A stretch of 62,216 bases of DNA, counting the filler, from Choristocarpus tenellus KU-1152 (lineage: Eukaryota; Protista; Phaeophyceae), in assembly GCA_964200185.2 (NCBI GenBank). It is 6 parts of 6 records of this genome, joined end to end, with 100 filler letters (N's around TTAATTAATTAA, not from the genome) between each part and the next. Parts side by side here need not be neighbours in the genome. Positions count along the whole stretch, not along the records: positions 19,909 to 41,917 come from CAXNAD020000310.1; 5 more parts are not named here. One strand, written 5' to 3'. The notes beneath the pieces are model-generated. The model saw nothing but the letters and a program-made list of their open reading frames with translations, was not told the DNA's origin and did no database searches. Shown here piece by piece: positions 24,664 through 39,600 of the stretch. The translations under genes were made by a program, and so were the position numbers. The number at the start of each line of letters is the position of its first letter. Position 1 is the stretch's first letter.

Positions 24664-27600
24664 CTATACCGCAACAACCTCTTCCTCTTCCTTTTCCACC
24701 CAGCGATCATTCTCTTTGATGAGGTCAACAAGTGCATCACAGGCCTCCTCGTTGAGGATGCCTCTCTTAACCAGCTCCTTGCCCACGTAGAGATCAACCT
24801 AACACATGGAATTTCATCAATGAAAAAGCAGTCCTCGGTCACTTACTAATCAACAGTACACACAAAAATTGAAAAAGAGAAACATACTAGTATGACTTGC
24901 CCTAGTATAAGGATCTGTTCACTGTACCTTTGGATGATATTGACTGAGTCAAACAAGAAGTAGTCCATCAAGTAACTCACATAGAGCTTTAGCAAGAATC
25001 TCTACAATTGTTTACTGATGTGCCACCTATCCTTCTGTCACGTGTAAGACAAGTGGATACCCTAGTACTTGAAATACAGAAATTAATGAAATATGCATGC
25101 CTAAATCAGTTGGAATATAGCTGAGGTGAACAAGACATGAAATTTTCATCAATTATGTTCTGCTCATAAACATACTCAAGTTAGGGGTTGTACACAGGAA
25201 CCAGACAAGGAGTCAGTCAACAATTACACAAAGGGGGAAATACAAAAAATATACTCACTTTGCCAGGGGCTCCTCCAACATAGCCAAAGTCAGCATCAGC
25301 CATTTCTCCAACACCGTTGACAATGCAGCCCATGACAGCAATGGACACACCAGGCAAATGACCTGTCTTGGTAGTGATTTGAGCAGTTACCTGTGGAAAG
25401 CAACAATCAAACGAAGTCTGAGTTATGGGAGGCGTGTGTATGCCACTGTAGTTGGTAGAAACCTGCAAATTCAATTCCACGTCATCATTCAAACTTGGTC
25501 AGTACTGCCAAATTGCTCCTTCTTGCCTTGTTAACGAATCGTAGCCAATTTTTCTGGGTCTTTAGTCAGCCTGTACACATTTGTGACAGACCTGGGCTGG
25601 TTTATTTAGAACATACTAGTACCAAATTCAAAGAGGAAATAGCCCATTTCAGAACACCAAACTGGCATTGGTACTCACAAGGTCAATGAGTACACAACAG
25701 GCCCACCCACCCCTACACTCCTGCACATGGCTCACAACGGTTACAGCATCAAAATACTCACACTTGGATTGAACAACACCATAGGACAAACAACAAAAGA
25801 ACATTTCTCTATCAAATTGAAGGGCACCATCACCAATAATGGCTCAAACAATGTATGCAGCCAATTAATTGAGTGTGCAGCAACTTCACAGGTGTCCTTG
25901 AGCATCAAAGAAAGCAAATATACTGCTTATAGATTATACATACGCATAGTTAGAGGCATATTGTCAGCATTTGAGTCCTTCCTTGGGATAGGGAGATAGA
26001 TACTCTTTGTTCAAAATTCAAGATTGAAATTTACTTTCACAAAGACACAACAAATTGATGCATTCACACAAACATGTTCTGTATTCAAGTTGTACTTCAA
26101 GTGACATGTGGCACAATACAGTGATGCAACAAAATGTAAGAATCATGGTAACAAAACCTTGTAACCAGTTTGGAGAAAAGTGTTCCAATATTCATAATCC
26201 TATAGGATTTTTTTCCACTCTGGCAGACACGAGGAAAGGAAAAGTTGATAGCTTGTGTTGTTTTTACATCAGTGGACTGCATCATATTTTGATTCATCCA
26301 AGGTACACCTAATCCTTGCAGTGCACCACACCTCAAGCTAGACAGAACAACTTACATCAAGAATTGTAAAATGAAGCTACACAATACAATAGTTCCAAGG
26401 ATAACTCGTGTGCAAAGCCACCTGGCAGTTTACACATTATCAGCACCAATACTATGATGGAGGGAAGTAGCGCTTGACTTTTTTATCTTCGGAATTCTTT
26501 AAGTTAATCAATAAAAAAATATGATTGGAAACATGGGGGCAACCTGGATCTCAAGAAATTGGTTTGCCATCCAAACTCCATCTGGAATCCAATATGTGTT
26601 CCATTTAGGAACAATTTGGAGAAAATTCTTCAGACCCACAAAGTAGACAAGAGACGTTCAAATCAGTATCATATCTCATCCACTGAAATATGAAAAGAAA
26701 ACTGATGTCCTAACACATCAATTAAGGTATAGCAGCACCTTCAATTCACAATACAATGTGCAACAGGGTACATTATCTGTGTAATGGAACCCTTTCTGTT
26801 TTGGAGGGATTTTTGTTTTCAGAATATTTGCAAAATTGTTTTACCTGTTCATAATGTGAAACTTATGTCACTGGAATGCTAACATACACAGGACTCATAG
26901 GATTTGTTTCTGGTGGATCGAATTCTGTAGGTTGCCAATGCAAAATATTTTCAGAAAAAATGCTTGGAGTATTACGAGCATATCCGGGTCGTCTTGATGA
27001 TTTCATCAGGTTCGATATTGTCATTGTTCACATCATTCCCCATGACTTTCAACTCATACTCCTCCTGCAAAATGTCATGTACTCCACCCTCTGCAGCATC
27101 CACTGGTCTCACTAACTCTGATGTATAATTCCCCTCATCCGGAACATTCATCGTGTTGAGTATGTCTCCTCAAATTTCTTGTCTTCTGTCTAAATGTATA
27201 TTGTCATCTTCCTCGGGACATGGATAACTAGCTTGCAATAGTCTGCTGATATATATATATATATATATCCTCAATTCGATCCCAGTTAGGGTCACTATAT
27301 CACCCTAGTCTTATCTCATCTCTCACTTGGCAATCGCTCTCCACTTTCCATACTGAAAGCTGATATACTGCTTCCCCAACTGCCAAAACAACTCTATAGG
27401 CAGAAACTTGGATATATACATGTATGAGGCGGTGTCCGAATCATATCCCTCTGCTTCAGGATGCTACCCAGACACCTCAACAAAAGTTCCACCCCAAACT
27501 TTGTCTTTATTTAGGTTACATTTCCCAATAAGTGCTGTGTAAAGAGGAAGAGTTCCATCTCGTGGAGTTGAGATTCAAGGAGCCTTCACCTCTGATCAGC

Positions 27601-30600
27601 ATCCACTTGAACAAACCCACTCCCAGTCCCAGAGGTGCAAAATATCTCCCCTTCCCCTTACAGGTTTTCAAGGTGCAAAAAACCTTCTCATATATGACTC
27701 TCACTGCACAGCAGAACCTTGACTGCCTCAGTTTGGTCCACATTGTTCTAGATCACAAACTTGCAGTACAGGATAATCAGTACACGTGCCAACCACTCGG
27801 AAAGAACCTCTCCGCTGACCAACTTGAGGTTCTCCATTTGCTCTTGATTACGAGGTTTAGTAAACTCTTGATTGTTCATGAGCACTATGCACTATGTGTG
27901 AATGTGTCCTCCACCCACTATTTCCTCACTGCAGCGCCCTTGCCTGTTCTTTTTTCATCATCTACAACTTCTTTTGTAACATCTACACATCTACAGGTGC
28001 CTCTGAGGCTGGCTTTCTCAATCTTTTGCATTTGCTATTTTCCATCCTACCAGCCCTTGGGGTGATGAGAACTCGAGATCGGCGACAAGACATGAAGAGA
28101 AGTAAATGTGTTGTCTATTACTGTCCTCCCTCACCACCAAATATGGTTTCTGTAGTTGTAGTGTCCTTCTGTAAGCTAGAAAAGTCCAAGATACATCAGC
28201 ACTTAGAAAATATGTATATATGCAGACGTCAATCCCTGAATACCTAGAGATAGTCAAGTACTACATTGACTTGAAACTCAAGTCATAGGCATTCACCCTA
28301 TTAAATGACCAAGCAAACGCCATAAATGCAATAAGATGACTGCAATTAGAGGTGGGGTGACAAATTCAACAAAATTTTGTAAATGGAATTGGAAAATAAA
28401 TGCAATCTTAAAATCTCTAGAAAATGAGAAAAAAAATGTATATTACTGCTTACATACTTACATTTCCAACAGTACTTCATGTCACGAGGAAGAACATAGA
28501 TGTAACAGTAAGTGTGCATTATACTTCCCAATTCAAACACTATTATAGTATATATTTTACTATTTTGTCAACAAAGCACATTTCAATGAAACCCAAGTTT
28601 ATACAATGTCATGAACAAGCTACAAGTGCAGTAAATCCCAACATAATACATGCACATGAACATACTATGTACAGAAGTATGAAAGCTCATGTAGGTATGA
28701 TGAATTCTAGAGTACCATAACAAAATTCACTGCAAAAGAGTTGAAAACCCCATTGATCGAGGTGGTTTCCTCAAATGTGACCCCTAAGTATATAGCAGCT
28801 TGCATACTAGCAAAGCATGCTGATCGCATATGTTGATGTACAGATATGATAGATCAGGAGCATTTAACATATTCAAGCAAAAAGATGATTGATGCATGGA
28901 CTGTGATAACTGACCGGACCAGTGGATTGGCTTCAGTCCAACTCACAGAGTGAATGATGGAAATATACCGTAACATGAAGATATACCGTAACCCATAACC
29001 AACCTTGTAACAAGACGCTGGAACTGGGTCAACCCATTGACAAGATCATGATAATAGAGACCAGGGACCAACCTTATTCAAAAACACTTTAAGTGTACCA
29101 ACCTGCTGATTGCCCTGTTTACATTTCCCAGGATAAGAAAAGATCCTGAAATTTTGGATTCCGGCAACAAGTGAGGTCTGTCAACCCTTACTACATGCAA
29201 CCAATACTAGAAACACAACCCATTTACAGAAAAAAAACTGTTGACTATGGCACTGATATTAATTTAAGTAGTTTTATCTATACATACAGTACCACAGTGG
29301 TAGCACACAGACTAGCTGTGAATAAATTACATCAATACAAGCAAGCTATGCAAGAGGCTGGGTGTGCCTGGATAGGACAAGATGAAAAATATGACAGTCA
29401 GAGCAGTATGAGGTGCTGTAGAATGCTTGGTTTGCTTATCTTGTCGTTGAACTGACTGCTGGGTGTATGGAGATAGGCTTATGATCATGCATGAAATGAG
29501 TATACTTTTAAGTTTAAGTCAACATGGGAACTGGGTGCTAACTACAATTGGATATTCCCCTCATGGTGCTCTTCCAGGAAGCAAAAATATTGTCCTCATG
29601 GGTGTTACAATAGCTTCCTACCATGATACACCTCGCTCAGCATCAACACCTCCCAACCAGTGAGCATTACTAGAGACTTATCTGTTATATCGTACTCACC
29701 TCTTGTAGGTCAAAGAGCGTTCGGCCACAGCTGGGGCATGACACATATTCTGTCTTTGTGTTGCGCATACGAGATCCCTGGAAAGTGGTCCAAAGCAAGA
29801 CCGAAGTGGATGATAACATTTTTCAACATAAAAAAACAACACAAAAGCCAGTTTGATTACACACAGGTAAAGGAGAGAATTAACTCAGTATTGAACACAC
29901 CTCAACAGACACTGCATATCCACAGCAATATGCAAGGAATCAGTAAGTCACTGTTCAAACAGATCAATTGAAGCATCAGCTGTAAGCTGGAGCACATCAT
30001 AACAAAATACCCAATTGTAACTAAGAGGTTAACTCACAGTGTGGTCATCAATATACTAACAGTCAAAAGTGTAGCTGCACTGGAAGTCACAGCACCAATA
30101 AAATTTGAACACAGCGGAGTAACAAAGAGAACTTTGTCATTCCTTACAGTCAATGCAGTCACATGAACCATCAGCAAGGCAATAACTAAATTTGGAGAAA
30201 CCCACATTGCACCATATGACAGCAACCAAAAGACAACTGTATATTTCTTAAATCACCTGCAGCAGCCCAAAGGAGGTTGTTCGCAGCAAATCCATGTCCA
30301 TTCCGTTAGCCTCAATGAGAACCCCATCCCCCAGACCATCAACCAGACAGCCACCAACCTCTGCACCCACCGTCAGGATAAACCTATCTTTGTTCATCTA
30401 AGCAAATAGAAGATAACAGCGGTATATGAGTTCAGACAAACCATACATAGCCATTTAATCTTCTGGTTGTTAAGGAAGGGAAACCAGTTATGACTATGTT
30501 TGCCATGTTGCACAGAACTTGATGTTGGTAACAACTAGAAATGTCAACACTGAAACACACAGTGAGGGTATGGTTCAATGCACAAGTCCCCACCTAAAAA

Positions 30601-33600
30601 ATGTGGAAGGTTTTGTGCATCTAAGAACTTGGGAATGTTTCCCAAAGTTACTAAAAGATTTGGTTAACTTGATTGAATTGAAGCAAGAGTGCAGTGAGCT
30701 TGCAGTAACAAGAGTTGTAGGAGGCATGTGTGTAAGGCTACAAACTCTAATGCAGATGAGGGGCACCTGCTGGAGGCATGAATATTCAAGTTACACTTAC
30801 GTGTGTGCTCTTTATACACAACCAGAAACACCACCTCCTTCCTGTATAATGTGCAAGGACTAACATACGTTTTGATCGAGTAAGGTTGCAGAATAAGTGA
30901 CTGGAAGATTGCAAAGAAGGATTTATTATGATACTACAAAAATTATGAAGTGCATTGTTATTATTGTAACACACCCATCAAGATTTGTGAGGTGTCAACA
31001 GAGGAGGTAAATCTAGGAGAACACCCATAATGAACACATGAAGTATGGAGCCTAGTCTATGTTGCTTTCAACTCACATTACAAAGAACAAAAACCTACCT
31101 AGGCAACAAATTGCATCGGCTATTTTATAATAAGATTTAAAACAAGAAAATGAAGCAACTGTACTTATTTCTATAGTCATGGCAGCATGAATCTCAACTC
31201 TAGGAACAATAGCTGCGGCTACACACTAAGCTATGACTGAATCCCCCCAGTTTTCAGGTAACAGCTGTGCCTTCTTGGCATTCTTCCATGCATACAGATG
31301 CTCCACAGGAAGATGAGGACGGGTCCAGCTTACCTCTTTTGAATATTGTAATTATGTCAGATGAGAAAATATGCTCTAACACTATTAATAGTATGCCCAA
31401 CATACAAAAATGAGCAAGAAACAGCAAGTTTGATCATCTGCGACAAGGATGAGGTCCTTTCTTGACACTAGTGGGTCCTTGAAGCAGCCATTCCAAACGC
31501 CCATTCTACGGCATGTCACTAGCTTGATGGAATTAACTTCAACTCATGCCGATTTTCCATGAGTTCCCTCATTGTGACTCAAAAATCTCAAGGAAAGCTC
31601 ATGCAAAAGTCCTTCGGACTCTTCAGATGGGATACACTCTTCCTTAGCACACGAAATGCATGGGTTTGGCTGTATCATGCCAACTGTGCCTTGCATACCC
31701 TTTCTTGATTGCTCTGCCTCTAACCCACCAACCACTCGCAACTTCCATGCCTTCAAAATGCACTATGCTCTTACGAAATAGAACATGAAGGTGTCTGGAC
31801 CTTAGATCCAGACATTCTCCAATTGATCTTTGTCATAACACTCCACGTGCATGAGGGTGTACCCAGCTTTGTCATAACATAAACTCGAAAGTTGTAAAAT
31901 CAAAGTCACAAAAATCAAAGAAAATGACACTACAAGAACTGAAGGCAGATTCACAGTCATGGGAATCTGACAACAGCCCTTGTCGTAAGCACCAACCTGT
32001 GCATGCATAGCTCTGCTGCTCAAAATAGAAATGTAACCAAATAGTAGACCAATCAACTCTTCAAAAATAATATTAGCTACTTTCATCAGAAAAATCTACC
32101 TGATTAAATTGACCCAATTCACAACACTGGACAAGATCACACAGCACTATTGCACTGAACTGACTTTTCATTTGCCCCCAAACAGCTGATCTACAGTAGT
32201 TTAGACATGTACCATAGACTCCCAGGTAGTTCACATTATGTTCTACCCTACTCCTTCAAGGAATTGGCACCAAATCAACTGCACCTCTTATCTTGTTTTG
32301 TCTGGTACACCATGCTAAATGAAAAAAGCTATTTCTTAACTCTTGAGGGGTCCCTTTAGGCACAAGTTGTATAGTCAGGATCAATCTTGGCAGCCCATCT
32401 AAGTTCATGTACAGATCTACTCTAAACAATTTTCAAGCAATGAGAAGAAATTTGGTTGGGATATATTCTCAAGATTGGAAAGCAAACCAAAACACAGTAA
32501 TAAGGAAGTGGAGCATCAACCCTGACAGGTACTTATTCTGGTTATGACAATAAAACGCCCAACCAGAAAAGCCGACGAAACAATCTATATGATTCCATGT
32601 TGGGACCCTCAATGCATTTTCAATGCCAACTAGGTGGATATTCATCACTCATTGACTCGAGTGATACTACAGTACTGATAACAACTTGGTTCCAAATTGA
32701 GAACTATATGACATGACAACCTTTTACCAAGCTTTTCGTAGCAGTTGAGATGGCAACACATTCTGGGGAATAAAAAGAAAGACATTTTACAGAAAAAAGA
32801 TAACTTCAAACTTATCAAACACTATTAATATTTCACACATATCAAACACTATTTTGCATGACATTCTCTACAGTATGGTTGATGTGAACTCCGGTAGTCA
32901 AACAAACTGACCACGGATCAATTGCAGTGGACATTGACTCTTGAGGAGTATCACATACCCATGCTGGAAAAAAATGTGGTACAATATAGTGACTAATGTG
33001 AGAATAGTATTTTAGTATTTTCTTTCTCCTTCAACTAGCAGGTGAATTGTAACACCCCCCTAACCAGAGAGCAGCTATTATTCAAATTGAAAGGTTAATC
33101 AAATCCACTCTTACCTTTTCAGCCAATCACTTTTGGAAAAAAACTATCTGCTGCATTGTTGGATAAATCTTCCAAGTACACCAAGAGCAGCACAAGGATC
33201 AAGCAATAACTATAGCTTAAGCTCAAATACTTCACTCTTTACTGCCCTTACCTCAACAGCATCTGGGATGTAAGCATGATGAATGATAGCCAAATCACTC
33301 TGTGCATCTGCCAAGTACTGGAATACCCTACGTGCAGCGTGCACACGACTGACTCCCATGGGAACTTTGAGAAGGCCCATCACTGGGGCAGGTGACATCT
33401 TCGCAAGTCCAGACAGGTCCGGCTCTGTGCCCTGCAAGCAACATTACACCGGCAGAAGGAGGTGTCCTTCTTTTCTCAGGGATCAGAGAAATGCAATATA
33501 GAAGAACTGGGTAACCCTATACACAATGATGCATAGCGAGGGAAATATCCCACACACTCCGTCCCCTCCAATGTACCTCAACAAGGATAGCATGAGCAGT

Positions 33601-36600
33601 GTATCAGAGAAATCTAAGGCACAATAAGGACATTCAAGCACTGGAGGAGAGGAAAGTGATTCAGCTCAACCGATATATACTTGAAATAGGTAAGGTAGTG
33701 ACTGAAAATATGTACAGATGGAAACAAAGTGTTTAAAGACGTAAAGCAAAATTGTGCGCACCTCAACAGTGACAGCTACCCTGATGGCCCCAGGTGGCAG
33801 TTCCACCACACCCCCATTCTTCATTGCATCCTCAAGGGACACAACAGCCACGGCATTGGGCAATGGCGACGCCTCCAGAGCTGCAAGTGGAGCTAGCACA
33901 CCCACACCAACCTGCAGTTGAAGGATTAAGTCAAAGTCAAGCAGTAATTAGTTGCGTTGAGTCTTGCAAAAAAACAAATTTCCTCCATAGGTTACAGTGT
34001 ACACAAGCATTTACACTTGACAACAAAGAGACCTGTTGATGTAGAGACAAGACATTTACCTCTTGAAGTCGGCGCAATGCTGTGCGGGCAACTTTGTCCT
34101 CAGCAGCAGGAACGTTCTCAAGGTATAGGCTGTCTGCAGTGGCGATGTCCCTGAAGGGCATGCCCACTGCTAGCTTGCATCCAAGCTTCAGAAAGGCACA
34201 CATGCACCCACCACGGGGGAAAAGGAAGAAGGGACAAGAGTAGAGGATGTCACTGTCACATTCTTAGATATGATTACTACGAACAATATAAAGGTGAAAT
34301 TTGAAGATCCTCAATACAAAGAATGGTGGAAAACAAGTGCTCACCTTGCTGTAAAGGGCACCAGGATTCTTTAGGTCATCCAGAGACACAGCCATGAGGG
34401 CAGAACCATCACGGTGAAGAAAGCCTCTCACATCAACAGGGTCTGTCTCCTGCATCAACACATGCACCAGGTGGAACAAGCAGCAAGTGGATAGGCAGCT
34501 GGAATATCTGAGGACATACCCACTCCACATTGGTTGAATCAAGTCTATTATTAGGTGCACATTCAAGAGGAATATTTGAAATTTTTGATATTCTACAAAC
34601 TTGGCAATTGGACTGTCCCAGTCAGCCTCTGACTGAACATGCATGATTGCTCCAGGACAACACAAACACAAAAGGCTGAGCAAAGCAAATCAGTTGTAGT
34701 TTTAGAACACCTATGAATTGGGTAACACAGGTGAGTGCACAAAAACGAGGTTGGAGATAGTGACCAATAGGACAAAGCCTAGAGAGAAAAAGACATTGTG
34801 CAAGTCAAGATACCGCTCCAAACGCAAAGACTCTTACTTCTTATTGTACAGACGTACTATAAGTATTGTATGGACCTCTTGATAGCAAAAAAGATGCTTA
34901 ATCTCAAAACTCAAGACCTTGTTGTAAGCTCACTTTCAAATAATATTTTCTAGATATCATAAATTATACAATTTAAGCTTTTCCAAAACTGGGGAAAATT
35001 ATTATTCCAACCATGCCACTTTCACAAGCACTAGGACTGTATTCAAGTTGTTTTTATATCCCACATCTGTTACCAAGGGAGAAGCCTTTGCACCATATGC
35101 TATAAAACATCCTTTATCATTTAGAAAGTGAGAATGTTCTTGGTACATGTCGGTTTACAATGTTTGTATCAACCTCCACCACTTTCAGTACACTAGTACA
35201 CTCCTTGCCCCTCCATCTCTCTGCACTTGCCTTTGGTCACACACACCTTAGGGGGAGCTTTCTACAATCCAAGTGGTTGACTATGATGACAAAAAATAGA
35301 CACTACAAATTTAGACAATTCTGACTTTCACTACAAAAGAAGTGGGGTCTGTAGAGATGGAGATGTCTCCTTACAATTTCAAATGTTTTCGTAATTTTTT
35401 CTATAACCAGTTCTGAACTGGAGTCTTAAAAAAATAGAAACAATACATCTCGCAAGTTAGAATCACTAGAATCTCAGTAAAAAGTACGGTGTGAGCATAT
35501 GATGACATACATCTTGTTTTCACAGTTAATGATAACCAACGTCATGAAAAGATCTATTGATAGTCAGACAAGAGGCCAGAAGGAGGGGGACAAGACAAGG
35601 ATGGAATGGAGATAGGGCAGGGATATCAAGAATTGTGATATTGCTGAGTGAGGTCAGTCATACCGGAGCATGGTACATTAGATGTATCAGGGATATGGAA
35701 TACGGCATGCAGTATTGTTGTCAAGAGCTCGACTTTAGGCATGACATTAGGTATGACTTTAGGTATGCTACACTTAACAGAAGAGCACACAGACAGTATT
35801 TGGAGCTTACTGCTTATTTGTCAATGAACATGGATTTGGTGCACATCCTGGTATGAGCTACACACATTACTTACAACCTATACACATTACTATCTAGTAT
35901 TAGACACTTGGGAACATTTAATATTCATGTAAAACCCTTCATACAGGACAAGAACAATGGCCACTCACTCTGTTAACCCCCGCTGTCCAGGAAAAACTTG
36001 CTCATACCATCCATTATACAGGAAAACGCTCAGTGTCATAGACAAAATTCGTCTAGACAACTCTACTCTCAAGCCCATTATTTTCCATATAATGTCTGAT
36101 ATCAAGACACCTATTGGGGCATATTGCTCCGTAACACTTGTAGTACAAACAAAAGTTACAAACAGCACTCCAGTGGTGATACGCAAATGTATAAAATATA
36201 AATTATCTTAGGTGCAGAATATTTCATGTACAAAAACAATATAAATAGGGCTCCAAGAACCACTATAATTATCTTATTTAAAACCTAGCTATCTGCACAC
36301 TTCCTCCCTACGTTGGATGTGAAGGAGACAAGGGGACTCAACAATTGTTTTTTCAAAGTACAAACATGCAGGGCTTCGGAGCTCCTTTCAATCAGAATTT
36401 GTGGGTGTACTGGTACCAAACCACTTGGGAAACAGTAACTACTCTTTGAAAGATCAGTATGGAAGTATTGAACATAGTCAACGTGCAGGGGTGTCCCCTG
36501 TGAGCAGGAAAGCAAGAACTCCTGTAAACATGAAAGATAGGGAACCAAATACCAGCGCTCAAAAATGTTTTGTCGCTGTCCCGGCGTCATCACTACTTCA

Positions 36601-39600
36601 TCACTACTTCATCACTACAACATCAATACAACATCAATACTTCATCAATACAACATCAATACTTCATCAATACAACATCAATACAACATCAATACAACAT
36701 CAATACAACATCAATACTTCATCACTACAACACCTCCGCATCACTATTGGAATAGGTCACACACAATCTAAATAAGGACTCCACTACAAGAAACATAACG
36801 GCAGTCACATCGTTCTTCACATTTCACCAGACTAGACATATATTGCTCAATAATGCAAGGGGGACAAGTAGTGTAACTCATTTCAATAAAATTTAAACTC
36901 TAACACGACCCACTGTTTATCAGAGCTTATTCTTCACCTGCAAGAGACGCCACACCCATCCACACTACATAAGCAAAAATTTGAAATTGAATTAGAAACA
37001 GTATGCTACATATCTGTGTTGGGGTTGCCAGTGTCAGGTGAGAATACCAAATCTACATTGAAATACTTAAAAGGCTCTCTATATTGGATTTTCTTGAATG
37101 GTTTTAGCAATAAGAGAAACTGGTGCTGCTTGTGTAGATGCTTAAGGACATAATTCCAATTTTGGACACAGAATTCCACACCTTCTGCTCAGGCAGGGCT
37201 CCAGATCTCCTCTCAAATGACTGGAAATTGCGACTGGTCTCCGTATAGACAGGAACAACATTATGCTCTGCGCTGCTTTGAATAGCCTCCACTCCAATCT
37301 ATAGATCATAGAGAGTATGGAGACAGCAATGGAGACAGCAAAACAAAGGACAAACAGATACATCCCTGTTGACTAAGGCTAAAGTGACCTGTCTGTTGCC
37401 ACTACACACATGCTCTTGGTTACTAGGTAAGTGTGAAATGATTACTGTTCAAGTCTTATAAAGGAGGAGATACCTCTGCCAAGGTGGAGCAAGGCCGCAG
37501 CTCAAATTCTGGGTCCTCAGTGAGGGACACACGGATAGTATCTCCCAGGCCATCCATCAGCAGAGCACCAATGCCAATTGCACTCTTCATGCGTCCATCC
37601 TCTCCTTCCCCTGCTTCAGTGACACCAAGATGTAGTGGGTAGTCCCATCCTCGCCTTTTGACAGCGGGAACACAAACAATTATCTTCAACAGTGAATTTC
37701 TCAGGGTAATCTCACTGTAAAGAACAACATTAGAAAACTGCTGCATTCTGCAGAGTGTGCAAGTACAAGCAGCACAACTGCCAATATCAACACAAGTCTC
37801 TTCAAGACTGAGACTGTAATAGGCAATGTAACAACTGCAACTAAACAGTGTACACAATACCAAAAGAAATTCATATTTTCTCCAACAAAACATAATGAGA
37901 TGGTGCTGACATATGAAAAAAGTGCATACAGCAAATCATTGATCCAGATAGATCACCTGTACTGTTCTGCTGCCAGTAAGCGGTATGCCTGCACCATAAC
38001 TAGTGGGTTGGATGCCTTCATGGAGAAAACAAAATTGTGAAAGTCGTACTTCCTGCAAAATAGTGAACGAGGATAACAAAATGGGGTCCCAGAAAAAGTC
38101 GATAAGGACTCCTGTCCGGGACTTGAATGAACAAATGCAAAGATCATGTCCTGTGTAGGTCACATGATATTCCAACAACTCAGAACCATTAACTTTATAA
38201 CCTGGAACAGAGAATAATAAAGTCAGCACTTTTCAGTGTCTAATAGTCATAATACATAGACATTTGCAGCTTAGAATATCTTCCTCAAAGAGATCTTTGG
38301 TAGTATCACAGCTCCTATAGTTAAGCAGGTGGAAATATAAAATAAATGAGTTTCAAATCAACACAAATCAACAGAAAGCCTCCAGTTGAAGCATATGGTC
38401 ATTTTCCTCATGTTCAAGGCTACCCATACTGACCAATTGACAGCAAAAACAAAAACTTGCAAAATCATGATAGATGGCAACTATGTATTATTAACACACT
38501 AGATATTGATATATTCTCACCTACACAGCTCTGCGAACTCCACAGCACTCTCCACCATACCACGTGGAGTGTCACCATAGAATGACAGGACACGAGCTGA
38601 AAGGGAGCCATGATTAGTACCAATACGCATAGCACGTCCTAGTTCCTTGCACTTGAGTACAAGGGGTGCAAATACTTCCTCAATGTGCTCCAAGTCCTTG
38701 TCAAATTCTTCCTACAAGGGACGATTCCACATTGAAGCTGTAAGTGATCAACACTCTCAACATTAGCCTCCAATTGCAACTCAAGGACCCAGATCATGTT
38801 CAATAGCATAGCATGAATACAATCATGCAAGGCAAAGAGAAACAACAACAGCAGTGCCACTGACCTTTGAATCATAAACATACTCATCGAAGGTCTTCCG
38901 ACCGTCAACAAAGTTCCCAGGGTTGATGCGAATCTTTTCAAAAGCTTCAGCGACCATCATGGCAATCTTTGGCTGGAAGTGAATGTCTGCAACAAGGGGA
39001 GTGTCATAACCCTGACAACATCACACACATGAGGTAAGGATCAAAACTTAGAAATGACACACGACCAGGAGTAATCACCTCAAATCAACACAACCAATTC
39101 AACACCTTGGGAGTCAGATTCTACTTGGAATGTGCGAATACATCTTGCTTCACAGGCTAAAATCACATTATATCAAAGGGAGCAACTCAACATAGCCAAA
39201 GCAGTTACAACAAAGACGAATTTACACCAGAGGTGGCAAGGCAGCCCCGAAAATATTTGGTGTAAGGTAAACAACAATCGTAAGCCAACCTTTGCAGTGA
39301 GCAAATCCCTGATTTTCTGGCAGGCCATTGCCTCCCTCTTCCCCTGGACTGTAATGCGTACAAGGTCAGCCCCTGCATCTGCACAGCGAATGACCTGATC
39401 CAATAAGTTGGTGACCATGACGGGATGGTTTAAGTGCATAGTTGGCATGAAAATCCTCTATTATACAGACATATGTGTGGGCTATAGTTCATGTAAACAC
39501 TCTGACCCAGGATCTACAGTGTCTCAAACGTTGAACCTTGACAGAGGCACACACCTGCTCGACTGTTGCCTCCACATCATTCGTGTCGGTGGTGGTCATG

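Noticed and set aside
26876-28065. ORFs inside ispG intron 14 as a nested gene
   Set aside because: No motif or consistent splice signals. Probably decayed TE sequence.
31440-31760. Possible Copia RNase H fragment in ispG intron 12
   Set aside because: The similarity is too weak to support by eye.
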